A DNA stretch of 64,000 bases, from assembly GCF_006345805.1 (NCBI RefSeq), contig NC_043002.1, positions 36,332,001 to 36,396,000 on the forward strand. Direction: 5' to 3'. Shown one piece after another: positions 62,607 to 64,000 of the stretch. A program made the position numbers and the translations under genes. The first letter of the stretch is position 1. Each line of letters begins with the position of its first letter. Below the pieces are notes generated by a model. That model was not told the origin of the DNA. It worked only from the letters and a program-made list of their open reading frames with translations, and made no database searches. This DNA comes from Octopus sinensis (taxonomy: Eukaryota).

Positions 62607-63193
62607 ACTTTAATATTATGATCACTAAGAAAGATTCAAATATTTGGTAATTATTTCAAACTGTTAAGGAACCATTAAAAAAAACAAAACAATTTTGTTG
62701 TATAGATTCAGGTTATATTTTGATTGAGCGGTCTTATGATGAATGATATTCCAGCCATCATAAGTTTTTTTTTTTTTTTTTGGTATATCATGGACTTGTC
62801 CAATGATTTAAAAAAAAAAAAATTTTTTTTTTAATTCTTTGAAATGATTGGGTGGAAATTTGGGTGTTATTTCTAGCAGGTTGAGCATCTTCATAGGGAT
62901 GGCCTGTGGAGTTTTGTTTTGTTGTGTCTTTAGCAAGATATAACCCTACTTGACTCAGTCTGCTGGCCTGATATATTCTCTTAGACTGGGTGTTTTGAGG
63001 TAGAAAAAAGCAGTCAGTTGCTCCAATTTGTAAATCAGTAGGGGAGGGAAAGAATGATCAGTAGAAGGTGCAGAGAGATAGTGCCAATGAGATGTCCCAG
63101 TAGCCCCTTAAGGTATGAGGTGAGAAGTGGATGGGGTGATTTGCGAGATTGTATGGGGAAGAGGAAGGGATGGGAGGTATCTTACAATTATTT

Positions 63194-64000
63194 ATTTCTT
63201 TATTACCCACAAGGGGCCAACATAGAGGGGGACAGTACAACATGATTGGAGTCATGTTAAAATGATGATGTAAAACATTAAATGATGGTAAAAATACAAT
63301 GAAATTACAATTAAATCGAAAATCGAATGTTACACATTTGACAAAATAACACAAAAAGGACGCATGAAGCAGAAAAAAACAGGATTGCCGACTCCACGAG
63401 CCGTTTTTCCCCACTGAAACCTTGGTAGTTGACTTATGGCATGTTCATGCAGTGACTTTCACTCCCAGCAATCGTGCAACACACTTCCATCTTTTTTGAA
63501 ACTTGCATACTGACAGACACCTTTTCTCTAACTCAACCTTTCTTTTTAGGTGGAACTTAAAGAAGTTCACCAAGGCGAGGCCAGAGATCATGGTGTCTGT
63601 CATTATACCTTTCGTTCTGGTCTTCCATATAATCTCTTTCGCGACTGCTACTATGACGAGAAAGCAATGCTTACCTTCATTTGTCAAGAAACTAGGCGAG
63701 TCAATTTTTAGAATTGTCTCAGCCGATAGCTGTACTCTTCCGTCCGACAACAGGTGTTCTGCATAAACCCACACGTCCGAAATTTCCGGGCACTGAACAA
63801 TAGCGTGCGGGACTGTTTCTGCATCCCGCTCGCATCTTGGACAGTTCGATGGTCCATCGTGACCATGTCTTGTGAGCTTATCCCGAACGGGTAAGGCTCC
63901 TCTGTAACATTGCCAGGCCAAAGACTTCTGAAAGTTATCCAGTGTCCTCGGTCCGAATGTCCTTTGGAACAGGCTGTCTAACTGATTATTATCGAGACCC
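63194..64000 (-). mobile_element. Tx1/L1-clade LINE 3' end (ORF2 CCHC zinc knuckle, stop near 63445, 3' UTR); continues beyond the window
   Basis: LPVRDKL...CPRC....ETVPHAIVQC (zf-RVT-like); T-rich 3' UTR ending GGCCCCTTGTGGGTAATAAAGAAAT. Confidence 0.88.

Overview
Eukaryotic, AT-rich, repeat-dense animal DNA, most likely octopus (coleoid cephalopod), judged from recalled SINE, RTE and MITE families; this is not database-confirmed. Two spliced + strand genes can be reconstructed with consistent GT-AG phases. (1) Syntaxin-16 (STX16): seven coding exons at 2782-23598, with the first coding exon upstream of the window. (2) A compact PALB2 ortholog of about 736 aa at 37139-62297, with an N-terminal coiled coil, one large low-complexity exon and a C-terminal WD40 propeller; several exon phases match human PALB2 as recalled. 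The rest is a mosaic of transposable elements: a young CR1-clade LINE with an intact 920-codon APE-RT ORF2 in PALB2 intron 2, remnants of Tx1/L1, RTE, Penelope, Gypsy, hAT (Buster) and mariner elements, piggyBac and Merlin-type MITEs, and many tRNA-derived SINEs. The leading observations are a canonical -1 slippery heptamer (G GGA AAC) placed exactly at the ORF1 stop / ATG-less ORF2 junction of the CR1, a 3' tail shared by a SINE and a Tx1 LINE, a CpG-rich Merlin-type MITE about 250 bp upstream of the PALB2 ATG, near-identical inverted repeats bracketing an STX16 exon, a 52-bp intronic hairpin, and a twin-priming-like inversion in an RTE element. Gene and family identifications rest on recalled sequences, and repeat boundaries are approximate unless a TSD or TIR is quoted.
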